Numbered from the stretch's first letter, positions 9,353 to 19,921 are shown. The stretch: DNA of 64,000 nucleotides from Bdellovibrionales bacterium (GCA_050250515.1 JBFWON010000004.1:3248-67247); one strand, 5' to 3'. The notes: generated by a model not told the origin, from the sequence alone. Program-made: numbers and translations.

Positions 9353-10715
9353 TCTTGATGTACGATCGGTTCGACTTTTTCGTTTCAGTCTTGGAATTTT
9401 AATTTTAGTCGACTTGGCCAGTCGGCTTGAAAATTTCACCGATCATTACTTGTCTTCAGGGCTTCTGCCCCTGAGTTCCGTGCCGTATCGGAACAGCTAT
9501 TTTGCCCAGATCAATCCCTTTATGTGGAGCAGTTCTCCCATTTGGGTGGGGGCTCTCTTCGGCACCATCGGACTGTTGGCACTTATACTGATTGCCGATA
9601 GATTCCCTCGCACCACCAGCTTTGCTCTGTGGTTTATGTTGCTTAGTCTTAGTCGGCGCAATCCCTTCATCGGTTACAGTGCGGATAGTTTAATGCAATT
9701 GGGTTTGCTCTGGTCCGCCTTCATTCCCCGCGCAAAAAAAGGTGAATCGTCTATCTTGAGCGTCGGGACTGCCGCCGTGGTTTTACAAGTGGTGATGCTC
9801 TATTTTTCAGCTGGATTGCATAAGGACATTCGCGACTGGTGGTACTTCCCCCACGCCACCTACCTGGCGGTCTCAAGCGATATGTATGGACGCCCCTTCG
9901 GGCGCCTGTTGATGGGCTTTCCCAATCTCATGCAGTACTCCACCATGGCTGTGTTTTTGATTGAACGATTCGCCTATTTTCTGTTTCTTTCACCTTGGCG
10001 TAATGGGGCCTGCCGGATTTTGGGAATCGCAGTATTCGGGGGCATGCACATGGCCTTCACCGTGTTTATGAATCTTGGCTTTTTCCCCTACATCGACGTC
10101 GCGATTCTGCTCGCTCTTTTGCCAAGATCTTTTTGGGACCGACTTGGGGTTGCGGCCGATTTTAAATGGAATCGAAGTCTCCCTAACCTTGAATACGCTC
10201 TGCAATCGGGAGCATTCGCTCTTCTTGCCGTGTCGATTTTTAAGTCGGCGGTCAGCGTTCCGATGTTTAGAAAGGAACCACCCAGAATCATTCAAAATCC
10301 TGCGCAATTTTTTAACCTTCGGCAACAATGGGCGATGTTTTACCCATCACACGCCATCCCTGATGGATACTACAAAATTATAGGCTATTCGGAAGATGAT
10401 CGGGCCTTCGACTTGCTGGAAAAAAAATCGGTCGAAACCTGGATTGAAAAACCAGAAAACCTTTATCGAGATTTAGGCGGCATGCGGCCCCTCCGCTTGC
10501 TGGATTACGCCCGGCATGGAGAACTCAAAGACCTGCTCACCAGGTATGGAAGAAAATATTGTCGTGAACTTTTGGAGATGGCTCCCCCACCTGCCAATTG
10601 GTCCCGGGTTGAAATCATGTTTGTTAGGGAGAACACGGTCTCGCCTCAACTTCCGGTCGCCGTCGAAATGGATCGAACTTTTTCAGCCAATTGCTTAGAT
10701 GCGGCCTATCGATGA
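9327..10715 (+). CDS. HTTM domain membrane protein (vitamin K-dependent gamma-carboxylase-like)
   Basis: LDVRSVRLFRFSLG, RNP, YFSAGLHK and QQWAMF motifs; multiple TM segments. Confidence 0.8.
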   Translation: MTKFLAIFSLDVRSVRLFRFSLGILILVDLASRLENFTDHYLSSGLLPLSSVPYRNSYFAQINPFMWSSSPIWVGALFGTIGLLALILIADRFPRTTSFALWFMLLSLSRRNPFIGYSADSLMQLGLLWSAFIPRAKKGESSILSVGTAAVVLQVVMLYFSAGLHKDIRDWWYFPHATYLAVSSDMYGRPFGRLLMGFPNLMQYSTMAVFLIERFAYFLFLSPWRNGACRILGIAVFGGMHMAFTVFMNLGFFPYIDVAILLALLPRSFWDRLGVAADFKWNRSLPNLEYALQSGAFALLAVSIFKSAVSVPMFRKEPPRIIQNPAQFFNLRQQWAMFYPSHAIPDGYYKIIGYSEDDRAFDLLEKKSVETWIEKPENLYRDLGGMRPLRLLDYARHGELKDLLTRYGRKYCRELLEMAPPPANWSRVEIMFVRENTVSPQLPVAVEMDRTFSANCLDAAYR

Positions 10716-11989
10716 CGGCGACGGTAAGCCTTGCGAAGCTCCCTGGCGAATGAAGAGTCCAAGCGAGCGCGATTGAGTGTTTCGATTCGCCGAGACGACA
10801 AATCCAGTGACTTTCGAATCTCCTTTGAATTTGCCGCCTGATCATAAATCCAGTTGATCGCTTCGATCGTTTCGTGCTCGGCGCTGTAAGAGAATTCAGC
10901 GATTCCATCGGCAAATGTTTTGCCAGGTTGCGCTGCCGCCGCTAGGGCTTGGTCAATCCGGGCCAAGACCAGCTGCCATTGTTGAACAAATGCCACTTCC
11001 CGATCCTCAAGGCCTTTGGTGCGGGAAGAACCGAAAGTTGCCACATAAACCGTGCGCTTGTGATCATCGGCCCGAATCCATTTCGGATCGTCATCGACGA
11101 TCATGACTCGCTGGCCAGATTCATCGAGAATGCGAAGGTCTTTAAAGTAGCCGTACCCTGCTGAGCCGTAGGAATAGCCGCCCCCATAGCCATATCCACC
11201 ACTATATTGAGTAGACATATGGAAATCCGTCAAGACTCCATCGACAAAATGCCGAAGTCGCTTATCCCCAATTTTGGCCGTATCCGCGATAGCCTGAATG
11301 AGGTGATCATCATTACGTGAAAAGAGAACAATTCCCAAGTTTCGATTTCTGAGCTGCTGAAAGAACCAATCCCAACCTGGCGACATTCCTACGAAAATGG
11401 GGCGGCCTCCCCACTTATTGTTAAAGGAAAATGTGGTGCCTTCGTTTGGAGCACTTCGCTGGTCCAGCAAAGTACCGTCAACATCGATTGCAATGACCGC
11501 TTGATACTTCGTCAGCTTTTCCGCATTGAGACCCGATCGACCCTTACCGGCCTTAACATCGGATACTAATGAGTAGGCCGCAGAATAGGAAACTCTCATC
11601 TCAGCCCTTAGGTCCGCCGCCTCAAGACGAGTCAACTTGTGCTCGCGCATGACGAGATCCAAATTGGTTGGATCGGGCCCAAGGGGCGAAAGCGGCTCAG
11701 GAGGCTTCGGCGGTTTGCTCGCACCGGACGGTTTGTACTCCGATACCTTGCTGGATTTTGTTTCCTTGGCCTTAGACCCAAACATATTGTCGGTCCAAAT
11801 CGCGAGGTACTGTTCACAGGCTTCGGTCCAAAGTTTGTCCATGGTCTCTGGCTTAGCAGTCAGGGGCGTCTCCTGCTTGGCGGCTTGGGCTTCTTTCTCT
11901 TTTTTCTTCTTTTTTGATTTGGATGAGGCCTGAGCTGTTGAAGTCAGCGCCAGAGAAATCAAAATGAGAAGAGCTCGCTTCATGTTCAC
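10706..11989 (-). CDS. Secreted HAD-superfamily (NIF/FCP1-like) phosphatase, family A copy 1
   Basis: Signal peptide ending TAQA; DVDGTL, LFSRN, KDLR and IVDDDP (HAD motifs I-IV). Confidence 0.8.
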   Translation of the reverse strand: MNMKRALLILISLALTSTAQASSKSKKKKKEKEAQAAKQETPLTAKPETMDKLWTEACEQYLAIWTDNMFGSKAKETKSSKVSEYKPSGASKPPKPPEPLSPLGPDPTNLDLVMREHKLTRLEAADLRAEMRVSYSAAYSLVSDVKAGKGRSGLNAEKLTKYQAVIAIDVDGTLLDQRSAPNEGTTFSFNNKWGGRPIFVGMSPGWDWFFQQLRNRNLGIVLFSRNDDHLIQAIADTAKIGDKRLRHFVDGVLTDFHMSTQYSGGYGYGGGYSYGSAGYGYFKDLRILDESGQRVMIVDDDPKWIRADDHKRTVYVATFGSSRTKGLEDREVAFVQQWQLVLARIDQALAAAAQPGKTFADGIAEFSYSAEHETIEAINWIYDQAANSKEIRKSLDLSSRRIETLNRARLDSSFARELRKAYRRRHR

Positions 11990-11991
11990 GA

Positions 11992-13371
11992 TTAGTCCTT
12001 GTCGTCTTTGTCTATGTCGTCTTTGCTGGAGAACCAGCCAAACATACCCGTCGATGTCTTTGCTTTCTTTTTGTTCTCTTTACCAATCAGGGCTATGGCC
12101 TCTTTAGGATTCTTTCGAATCCAGTCGCGCACATCCTTATATTCCTTAAATTTGGGTATCTTTTCGTAGTCCAGCTCACGATGCTCCTCGAGAAGCTTCC
12201 GAACCACATCTTCCATCAGATAGGTGTAAGGAAGGAGCGCATGTGCCATGGTCACCTGGGGATATTTTCTTACCAATTCAACCGAATCTTCGATTAGGCT
12301 AGCCACGATTTCGAAATCGTTGGCATGCTCCTGCATAAGCTCCTGAACCAAGGAGGGCAGTCGACTGTCTTTTGGCTTTTTGCCTCGTTTGGCAAAATAC
12401 CGATCCTCGGCATCTTTCTCCATCTTGCGTACATCAAATTCTCGGGCGCGAATCACCTGCAGGTGATCTTCTGTTCGAATGTAAATGGGTTCATCATCAA
12501 TGAAGACAATATTTGAGTCCCCCAGAAGACGACGGTCCTTGCGGGCGAATTTGTGCGAATTTTCGACTTGATCTTCCGTCGACGCCGCCGCCAGAAGTCC
12601 TGTGTCTACCATATAACTACCACTCAACACGCCCGCCACATAATGACGTAACGGCTTTCCATCGAGGGTGATAATGTCGGCCAAAGCGTGGATCCGGTAG
12701 TCACTGTTGCGTGAATACAGCACGATCGGCACTTTTAGTTTCAGCAGGCGCCGCAAAAAGTGATCCCAACCCGGCGCCATGGCTACATAAATAGTCTGCT
12801 CTTTGTTCTTGGCCTTCAGTGAAAAGGTGGTTATCCCATCCTTCCATGAGCTTCGGTCCTGATCCAATATGGTTCCGTCAATGTCGAGTGCTATGACTGC
12901 CTTTTCGTGTGCCAGCTTTTTAGGATCCAAACCCGACATGTAGTGGCCGGCCCTTACATTGTTCACAATGCGCAGAAATTCAACATCAGAGGTGATTAAC
13001 TTATGCATTCTTCGATATTGGGCCTGAACTTCGGCGGCTTCAAATCGAGTCAGTTTGAAATCCTTCATCAATTCGTCGATTTTGAAGCGATCGGACTTTT
13101 CAATCCACTGCTCGCGACTTCCCGAACTGACGATTTGAGCTCCACTGTCCACCCGATCAACTGTAAATCTTGAGTAAGTTTTCGACTCTCCAAAAAGATA
13201 GTTCCAATGCCGGGGAAGCGGTTCTCCGGAAGACGTCGGGGCCAAATAGGTCGTAGAAGAGTTCAGGAAAGCTTGGCAATTCAACCAATGATCCTTATCA
13301 AAATCGGCCGCCGACACCACAGCCGGCAGCAAAATTCCCAATATGGTTAGGAGCGAAGCCAGATTTTTCAT
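11992..13371 (-). CDS. Secreted HAD-superfamily phosphatase, family A copy 2
   Basis: Start at MKNLASLL gives a clean signal peptide; DIDGTIL, LYSRN, RKDRR, FIDDE. Confidence 0.8.
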   Translation of the reverse strand: MKNLASLLTILGILLPAVVSAADFDKDHWLNCQAFLNSSTTYLAPTSSGEPLPRHWNYLFGESKTYSRFTVDRVDSGAQIVSSGSREQWIEKSDRFKIDELMKDFKLTRFEAAEVQAQYRRMHKLITSDVEFLRIVNNVRAGHYMSGLDPKKLAHEKAVIALDIDGTILDQDRSSWKDGITTFSLKAKNKEQTIYVAMAPGWDHFLRRLLKLKVPIVLYSRNSDYRIHALADIITLDGKPLRHYVAGVLSGSYMVDTGLLAAASTEDQVENSHKFARKDRRLLGDSNIVFIDDEPIYIRTEDHLQVIRAREFDVRKMEKDAEDRYFAKRGKKPKDSRLPSLVQELMQEHANDFEIVASLIEDSVELVRKYPQVTMAHALLPYTYLMEDVVRKLLEEHRELDYEKIPKFKEYKDVRDWIRKNPKEAIALIGKENKKKAKTSTGMFGWFSSKDDIDKDDKD

Positions 13372-13536
13372 ATTCGGCCAGTTTGTATGCAAAGGTTGTG
13401 CTTCATCAAGAACCACAAGGAAACGGGCCCGTACATTTCCCGCCCAAAATTGGCAGCACGGTTACGAAATTGAGCCTGAAAAGTGATCTAAACGTGCGAT
13501 TTAGGCTCCCTCTTTCAAAAAAGCGGACAATGAACC

Positions 13537-13552
13537 CGGTACCGGCTTTGCT
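13537..13552 (+). promoter_or_regulatory. Putative sigma54 -24/-12 promoter for the 13623-19854 unit
   Basis: CGGTAC-CGGCT-TTGCT, GG-N10-GC, in the divergent intergenic region. Confidence 0.5.
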
Positions 13553-13622
13553 CTCTAGCACCACGATCTAACATTTGAGCCGCACGAGGTTTGTTTTGGA
13601 ACGTTATGTGCCGAGGAAGGCC

Positions 13623-15206
13623 ATGGGCCTAAATTTAGTCGCCTTGCTGTGTGTGGGAGCCCTCCATCTCACTTCGGCCGCTGCATCCATATCCAGCCTG
13701 CTGAACCAAGAGGATCGGCCTGATATTATGGAGGTCAGCAAAATTCCCGAAAAGGAGTGGATTGAGTTCTATGGCTCTGGTGCTCTCACTGCTGATGGCA
13801 AAACTGAAAAGGTTTTTCCGTTGGTCAGAGCCCTTCAACAAATTTTAAGCTCCTCCTATTCTGGCCAAGATATCTACATATTAGGTCGCGACGGCGAGCC
13901 CATTTTCGATGCTCTCCGAGTCAGCGCAAAAAGCTCCGCTCAGCGCGAGCGCATACATCTGATTCAAATTAGCCGAAAGGTCGTGCAGACCACCAACGCC
14001 GCGCAGATTCTTGGCTATCTCAAGCACCACGGATTTGATCTGCCATCGATAACTAGTGGCCATCAATCGGCCGTCTTTATCGACACAGGATATTCTGGAA
14101 CTATTTATCGTAGCCTCCTATCCACCTTTACCGCGCGTCTCAAACAGGCCGGCGTTGATGGGGCAGGTTTAAGAAATTTCTTTTCGAATGTTGATTTTCG
14201 ACTTATCGCTTCGGAAAATTCTGAGAATCCGAGCTTTGACACTCTCAAAGAAAAAGTCGTTACCAACGGCCCTAACTATGCCTGGAGCTTGGTTCAGTCA
14301 GCCAACGTAAGCGGCCTCAGCTTTGGGACCATTCCCAGCGGAAGCTGGCGAAGCAAAGCTGGATTGCCCAGCGACAATCACTCCTCTTGGCAATGGGTTG
14401 TAACAAATTTGGAATACACCGCCAAATGGATGGGACGATGTCAGTCCGTCACCGCCAGCGGCGTTGAGAATTTTATGCCGGACGGGAAAGACCACCAGTA
14501 TCTAGATCGAAAAGCTTACTTGAAACGAATGGCCACGATTGTGGCTGAGTTCTCAGCCTTTCAGAAGCCGATCGAAAAGGTAACGCCGATAAAGGCCGCT
14601 CTCACCCCGCTCGATGCCGAGCAACTGGTCGGACAGGATTTAGGCCCTGGAGATTTAATTAAGGCGGATTCGCAAGTGTTCTCAGTTGTAAAGGAACTCG
14701 AGAGTACGGACGACGCCCGCTATTTCCTTATCAACGAAGTTAAGACCGACAAGGCACGCGTTCTAAAAGTCATGGCTGATGGAGCCGACCCAGAGGTCAT
14801 TGCAGTCGATGTCCGCAATGCCCGCCGATTCAAGAAATTCAATGTTCCTCATTCGCGCGTCGTTGCCCACGGAGAATCTTACCTGATTCGCAGTCACGTT
14901 GAAGGCACCCTTGCCCGCGACTGGGTGAAGTCGTGGATAAAGGCGGGAGAGCCGCAAAGCAATTCAGCGCTTAAGGCGTTAAGGGTTTTAATAAAAGACC
15001 TCGCGAGTCAGGGCGTCTACATCGGCAACCTTAATCTGAATGGCACCGTTTGGTCGGGATCTGAATGGGTGGTAATCGAATCCGGAAAAGTTCGAACGGG
15101 TAAGGCTTCCGCTGAAGTCATGGCAGACTATGTGGAAAACATCAATCGTCGATGGCTCAAGCACTCCAAATGTGAAAAGCTGCTCGAACTTAAGGAAGCC
15201 GCATGA
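13623..15206 (+). CDS. Secreted PRTase-like domain + degenerate kinase-like domain protein, family B copy 1
   Basis: ATG 13623 after GAGGAAGG; signal peptide; YILGRDGE and VFIDTGYSGTI; kinase-like C-terminus VLKV...YIGNLN...VIESG; ends CEKLLELKEAA. Confidence 0.7.
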   Translation: MGLNLVALLCVGALHLTSAAASISSLLNQEDRPDIMEVSKIPEKEWIEFYGSGALTADGKTEKVFPLVRALQQILSSSYSGQDIYILGRDGEPIFDALRVSAKSSAQRERIHLIQISRKVVQTTNAAQILGYLKHHGFDLPSITSGHQSAVFIDTGYSGTIYRSLLSTFTARLKQAGVDGAGLRNFFSNVDFRLIASENSENPSFDTLKEKVVTNGPNYAWSLVQSANVSGLSFGTIPSGSWRSKAGLPSDNHSSWQWVVTNLEYTAKWMGRCQSVTASGVENFMPDGKDHQYLDRKAYLKRMATIVAEFSAFQKPIEKVTPIKAALTPLDAEQLVGQDLGPGDLIKADSQVFSVVKELESTDDARYFLINEVKTDKARVLKVMADGADPEVIAVDVRNARRFKKFNVPHSRVVAHGESYLIRSHVEGTLARDWVKSWIKAGEPQSNSALKALRVLIKDLASQGVYIGNLNLNGTVWSGSEWVVIESGKVRTGKASAEVMADYVENINRRWLKHSKCEKLLELKEAA

Positions 15207-16666
15207 AGCTTTGGATTGCCCTTGCGCTATGGTCGTCCACCGGGTTTGCCTCGGACTGGAATAACCCCTCCACTGGCCACCAAGACCCCCCGTTTTTTCA
15301 AGAATGTCAGGCGTTCTTGGCTTCCGTTTCTCCTTTTCGGGGATCTGTTTCTCAATTCCAACAGCTTCCCCATCACTGGCAGTATTTGTATGGCGAATCC
15401 GAGCCCACCCCCCGATTTACGATTCAACGGGCCCATGAAGACCACATTCCCAATGCCTCCTCTGTTAGCGATGAGCTTTACATAGAAAAATCAGAACGCT
15501 TTAATATTGATGCCCTTATGCGCGACTTCAGCCTATCGCGCTTGCAGGCCGCTGAAGTCCAGGCCCAATACCGAAGGGCACATAAACTGATCGCTTCTGA
15601 TTTGGAATTCACGCGCATCGTTTCGGACGTGCGCGCGGGTCGCTTTATGTCGGGTATTAATGAGCAAGACCTGCTCCGCAACCCCACCGTCGTCGTTTTA
15701 GATGTAGATGGTACGCTTTTGGACCAAGACCATAGCTCGTGGAAAGACGGCCTGACCACCTTTTCCTTTCGCGATGAGGGCAAGTACAAAACCGTTCACG
15801 TGTCGATGACTCCAGGTTGGGACATTTTGATCAAAAAATTGGTCGAACTAAAAGTTCCTGTCGTTCTTTATTCGAGAAATTCGGATTATTTGATCCAAGC
15901 CCTTGTGGATTTCATTCAACTCGACGGACGTCCCCTACGCTCATATGTTGCCGGGGTCCTCTCCTCAAGTCATATGGTTGACACCGGGCAATTTGCAACC
16001 GCCACGATTCGTGAGCAAATTTCGAATCAATCTAGGCTCGTTCGCAAAGATCTTCGGATGCTGGGTGGGTCGAACGTAATCTTGATAGACGACGATGAAA
16101 AATACATTCGCGAAGACGACTACCTGCAAGTGCGAAAAGTGAAAAAGTTTGATCCGAGTTATGCCAGGCCAGAGGAGTTTGTCGATCAGTTTCGGCGTGT
16201 TTCCCTTGAGATTGCTGAGTCAGTGTCCGTGGTCCGCAAATACGGCATTGAGTTTTCGCGCGCCCACCTACCCTTTGCATTTGAAATGAAATCAGTGATG
16301 CTTTCATTGTTAGAGATCGATCGATTTGGTGAGTTTAAGGGAATTCCGCGATTCAAAACGCCCGTCGAGGCCCGAATTTGGGTTCGCACGCATCCGGAAA
16401 AAGCGATTGCACTCATTGGCAAGTCCAACAAACGACCAGAACTTAAGTACATTCCCAAACCCTCTTCTTGGTTCGGCGGATGGCTGGGTCGCCCATGGGG
16501 CTCGACCGGCAATGACCATGAGGCGGTAGTGAAGCCATCGGAAACTGGACCGCGCCCGAATACACCTCCCTCTACTAGCGGCTCGGGTTGGGATTCTCGC
16601 TTAGACACTACCGTTCCCAGACCACGTCCCAAACTGATTTTACCAGGAGATGGCGATGGGTCTTAG
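15203..16666 (+). CDS. Secreted HAD-superfamily phosphatase, family A copy 3
   Basis: ATGA-coupled to upstream gene; signal peptide; DVDGTLL, LYSRN, RKDLR, LIDDD. Confidence 0.8.
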   Translation: MKLWIALALWSSTGFASDWNNPSTGHQDPPFFQECQAFLASVSPFRGSVSQFQQLPHHWQYLYGESEPTPRFTIQRAHEDHIPNASSVSDELYIEKSERFNIDALMRDFSLSRLQAAEVQAQYRRAHKLIASDLEFTRIVSDVRAGRFMSGINEQDLLRNPTVVVLDVDGTLLDQDHSSWKDGLTTFSFRDEGKYKTVHVSMTPGWDILIKKLVELKVPVVLYSRNSDYLIQALVDFIQLDGRPLRSYVAGVLSSSHMVDTGQFATATIREQISNQSRLVRKDLRMLGGSNVILIDDDEKYIREDDYLQVRKVKKFDPSYARPEEFVDQFRRVSLEIAESVSVVRKYGIEFSRAHLPFAFEMKSVMLSLLEIDRFGEFKGIPRFKTPVEARIWVRTHPEKAIALIGKSNKRPELKYIPKPSSWFGGWLGRPWGSTGNDHEAVVKPSETGPRPNTPPSTSGSGWDSRLDTTVPRPRPKLILPGDGDGS

Positions 16667-18467
16667 ACTTTTTCGCCTCTTGTTAGGAAGCAGCCTCCTA
16701 CTCATTAGTTTCTCTTCTTATGCTGGCTACTTTTCACAAATGCGACCCCACATCCTAAATGTGGCACCGAGCGCGGCAACAGTCGAAACCCCAGCTGGTT
16801 GGAATGCCCTCCGACGGGGTTACATGCTTTTGATGGCCGAGTTAATGGCCTTTTTCCCTGACGACGACTACTACTTTCTCGCAAGGGACATTGAGTATCT
16901 TCATGACGTCGCGGTCGTGTTGCTCAAGAACGATCCCAAGCTTAGTGCACGCCTTCACCTGGTGCCCGTGAGTAGCAATGTCAGCCAAAGCGGTTACCTT
17001 AAGCAATATCTGACTCAGGAGGGAATCAATACGGCCAATCTGCAAGGGCGATCAGCGCTCGTCATTGACTCGTGCTGCGCCGGATCCATCCCTAAAAAGA
17101 TCATCAACTATTTCGCCGGCGTCCAAAAGGTCAGAGGGTTTCTTATTTCGACGACTGCTTTTCCGAAGAGCAATCTGTTTGAAAACTACTCTGGATACAC
17201 CGGAAACAGCATCGAGGGGCACCCGCATTACACCGCCTCAGCCTCGCACATTGAGAACGTCGGTGGAAAGCTTGAAGTCGTGGTTAACCAGTACGAAAAC
17301 CAAAAAGCGTCGGAAAAGATAATGGCCAGTATCCGTTATCATCTAGACAATGAAGGCGCACGCCAAGAATTTTTTGAAATCACCGGCTTAATGCGAGACG
17401 TGTTTGATTTCATCACGGGAAAAACGGGACACGCCTCAACAGCATCCGCCGCCTACTTTAAACTCAAGAACACTCATGGCATTCCCATGGAGCATTTCGA
17501 AGCCGACATTCGCACGATGGGGATGTACGCCACGATTCACGAGGAACGATTTCCAGTTTTGACAGCACCTAAAACCTCCACTGCAGAGGTGATCCCGACT
17601 CCTGTCTTTATGCCGGCGCCTGTGCCAGCGGCGGTCTCTCCGCTGGAACACCTTCTTCCACCGAAAGGGCTCGTAGTCGGACAATACGGCGAGACCGTAG
17701 CCCAAGGGTTGAAGATGCTTGTCAAGAGCGTCGACGTAATAATCAAAGATCCCGGTTATTCAAATGCGCCTTTGAAATGGTTCTCGTTACTTCCGCAAGC
17801 GCTGAAGGAAAACCCCTCTAGCACCATGGTTCGAAATGCCCTCTTAGTTGGGGAAAAGGCCGGAGTCTTAGATCAAGCCTTAAAATGGTTGATAAAATCC
17901 CTGCCCGCTTCCGCTTTCGAAGACTCAGATGAGGATCATCCTGTAGCCGATGACATCACCAGTGCGGTGGCCTCGGGAATAACCACTGCAGCTGGCACGC
18001 AGGGGTTTGACCCGGATGGCTCCATCATGAAAGCGACGTGGAAACTAGAACTAACCGCTTCTCCCTTCATTATGAAGCGCCTCTTTCACAAGGCAATGGA
18101 AGAAGTGGGCGAACAAGATTTGCACAAGTTACTTTATAATATCCTGACGGATGGAAACCTTGTCAAAAATCGGCGACTCGCCCGTTGGATCAAGAACTCT
18201 CTAGAACGCTTCACCAATATAGCTCCTGTGTTGGTTAAAAGAATCTTAGACGTAGCCGTGTTGCAGAAGCAAAATCGAATTTTGCGACGCCTATACGACG
18301 CCCGAAACAAGATTTCGGAAAAGGGACTGGCCCTCCCGATTTCAAAAGAGGTCGCCAAAGGTTTGCACATCAAATTTGTCGAGGGCATGACCCTAAAAAA
18401 TGCATTTGCCGAATACGAAAAGGTTCTAAAAAAGAAAAAATGTGAAGAGGCGCTGGATGCAGCCTAA
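16656..18467 (+). CDS. Secreted PRTase-like domain protein with helical C-terminal extension, family C copy 1
   Basis: Start 16656 (or 16650) after AGGAG; YYFLARDIEYL, VIDSCCAGSIP, EGHPHYT; ends CEEALDAA. Confidence 0.7.
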   Translation: MGLRLFRLLLGSSLLLISFSSYAGYFSQMRPHILNVAPSAATVETPAGWNALRRGYMLLMAELMAFFPDDDYYFLARDIEYLHDVAVVLLKNDPKLSARLHLVPVSSNVSQSGYLKQYLTQEGINTANLQGRSALVIDSCCAGSIPKKIINYFAGVQKVRGFLISTTAFPKSNLFENYSGYTGNSIEGHPHYTASASHIENVGGKLEVVVNQYENQKASEKIMASIRYHLDNEGARQEFFEITGLMRDVFDFITGKTGHASTASAAYFKLKNTHGIPMEHFEADIRTMGMYATIHEERFPVLTAPKTSTAEVIPTPVFMPAPVPAAVSPLEHLLPPKGLVVGQYGETVAQGLKMLVKSVDVIIKDPGYSNAPLKWFSLLPQALKENPSSTMVRNALLVGEKAGVLDQALKWLIKSLPASAFEDSDEDHPVADDITSAVASGITTAAGTQGFDPDGSIMKATWKLELTASPFIMKRLFHKAMEEVGEQDLHKLLYNILTDGNLVKNRRLARWIKNSLERFTNIAPVLVKRILDVAVLQKQNRILRRLYDARNKISEKGLALPISKEVAKGLHIKFVEGMTLKNAFAEYEKVLKKKKCEEALDAA

Positions 18468-18480
18468 GGAGTATAGTGTC

Positions 18481-19854
18481 ATGTCCATTCGAGGGATGCT
18501 GCTGGTCGGACTGATCGCGGGAGGTTTTTCATCCTGGGCCCAGAATGAATATGTGACCGGCACTCGGTCCAACTATGACGAGGTGACCACCACAGCTCGG
18601 GATAGGGGCAAACTCCTGCTTGAGAAAGAAGTGGGCGAGTTTGCCAATGGAAATACTTATGTTCGCCTGTCAAAGGATGTGGCAGCCGACAACGTCGACT
18701 TTATGCTGCCAACGAAATTAACCTCTGATTCGCTGATGGAGGCTTTGATCACGATTTTCACATTGAAGCGCAACGGAGCCCATCAAGTACGTGTACATAT
18801 GGCCGGCCGAGCGGCGCGAGTCGAAGTGACGGATTTGCCGGAATTCGAGTCCATAGCCGTTGATAATTGGCTTAAGGCCGCGGGCGCCGACGAACTTATT
18901 GTAGGTGGAACCAGACGAAGCCTGCGCCGATATCCCATCGCAAAAGCTCAAGCCGCGCGAGGCCGCCCCGCTATTGTGCAGATCAACCACTCTCGCTTGG
19001 CTCGAAGCCTTGGCGACCTGCTGGATATTGAGGTGCTGCACCGGCTTTCTCGCGAAAACATTCGTGGACGAGCGATTCAGTTGGTCGGTCCGGCGCCAGA
19101 GCCGGTCAACGCCAGCTTCTTTCGTGTGCTGATGACCGCAGTGAAAATTCATCGCTTAGGTCCGGCGAGCCTGGAACTTTTGACTCCCTACCTACCGTAC
19201 TCGAGGTCGGATAAGGTCGACAGCCCTGGAACAGCTGTGGTCGGCAAGCTCATCGCCTCTTTGATTGAGGCGAGCGGAGTCACTTCTGTCTCCTTTGTTC
19301 GATCCCACGCCGCTCAAGCCGTGGGATTCTTCAATATTCCGGCGGACAATATCTCAGGTCGAAAAACGATCAATCGATACCTAAAATCCCTTGGTGTTGA
19401 AACTGTCACCTCACCTGACACCGGGTTTGAGAAAGATGCCACGTTGTTCGCCGACGAAAACTCGATGCTTTTGTCGGTGATCAACAAACAACGCGATCCT
19501 GTCACTGGAAAGTTGCGAATCGTAGGGATTTCCGGTGCCGAGCATGTGAAAGGGCGAAAAGTGGTGATCATCGATGACGAAACGGCTTCTGGTGGGACGC
19601 TCGCGGAGGCGGCTGAATACTTGGTGAACCTTGGCGCTGAGGAAGTCTATGCGGTCGTGACTCACCTGGCGGGGCACGCGAAATCCGCATTGAATTCCCC
19701 TCATATCAAGCAAATCATCGTTACCAATACTTTGCCCGTGACGGCGGAGAGTCCGAAACTCAAGGTGTTGGATATCTCTGAAGAGCTGGCCCGCAATCTT
19801 CGCTTGTTTCGTAAGAGCGCGCGCACCCTAATTTGCGACGGAGCCCTGGAATAA
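18481..19854 (+). CDS. Ribose-phosphate pyrophosphokinase-like protein with signal peptide and duplicated N-terminal domain
   Basis: FANGNTYVRL, PYLPYSRSDK, SHAAQ, SPDTG, INKQR, IIDDETASGGTL, YAVVTH; AAGGAG RBS before 18481. Confidence 0.85.
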   Translation: MSIRGMLLVGLIAGGFSSWAQNEYVTGTRSNYDEVTTTARDRGKLLLEKEVGEFANGNTYVRLSKDVAADNVDFMLPTKLTSDSLMEALITIFTLKRNGAHQVRVHMAGRAARVEVTDLPEFESIAVDNWLKAAGADELIVGGTRRSLRRYPIAKAQAARGRPAIVQINHSRLARSLGDLLDIEVLHRLSRENIRGRAIQLVGPAPEPVNASFFRVLMTAVKIHRLGPASLELLTPYLPYSRSDKVDSPGTAVVGKLIASLIEASGVTSVSFVRSHAAQAVGFFNIPADNISGRKTINRYLKSLGVETVTSPDTGFEKDATLFADENSMLLSVINKQRDPVTGKLRIVGISGAEHVKGRKVVIIDDETASGGTLAEAAEYLVNLGAEEVYAVVTHLAGHAKSALNSPHIKQIIVTNTLPVTAESPKLKVLDISEELARNLRLFRKSARTLICDGALE

Positions 19855-19921
19855 AAGGCCTCCAATGGTCACCTAAAGTGCTGAAAATTATAGCGAAAAT
19901 TGTCTCCAATTGACCAGAAAG

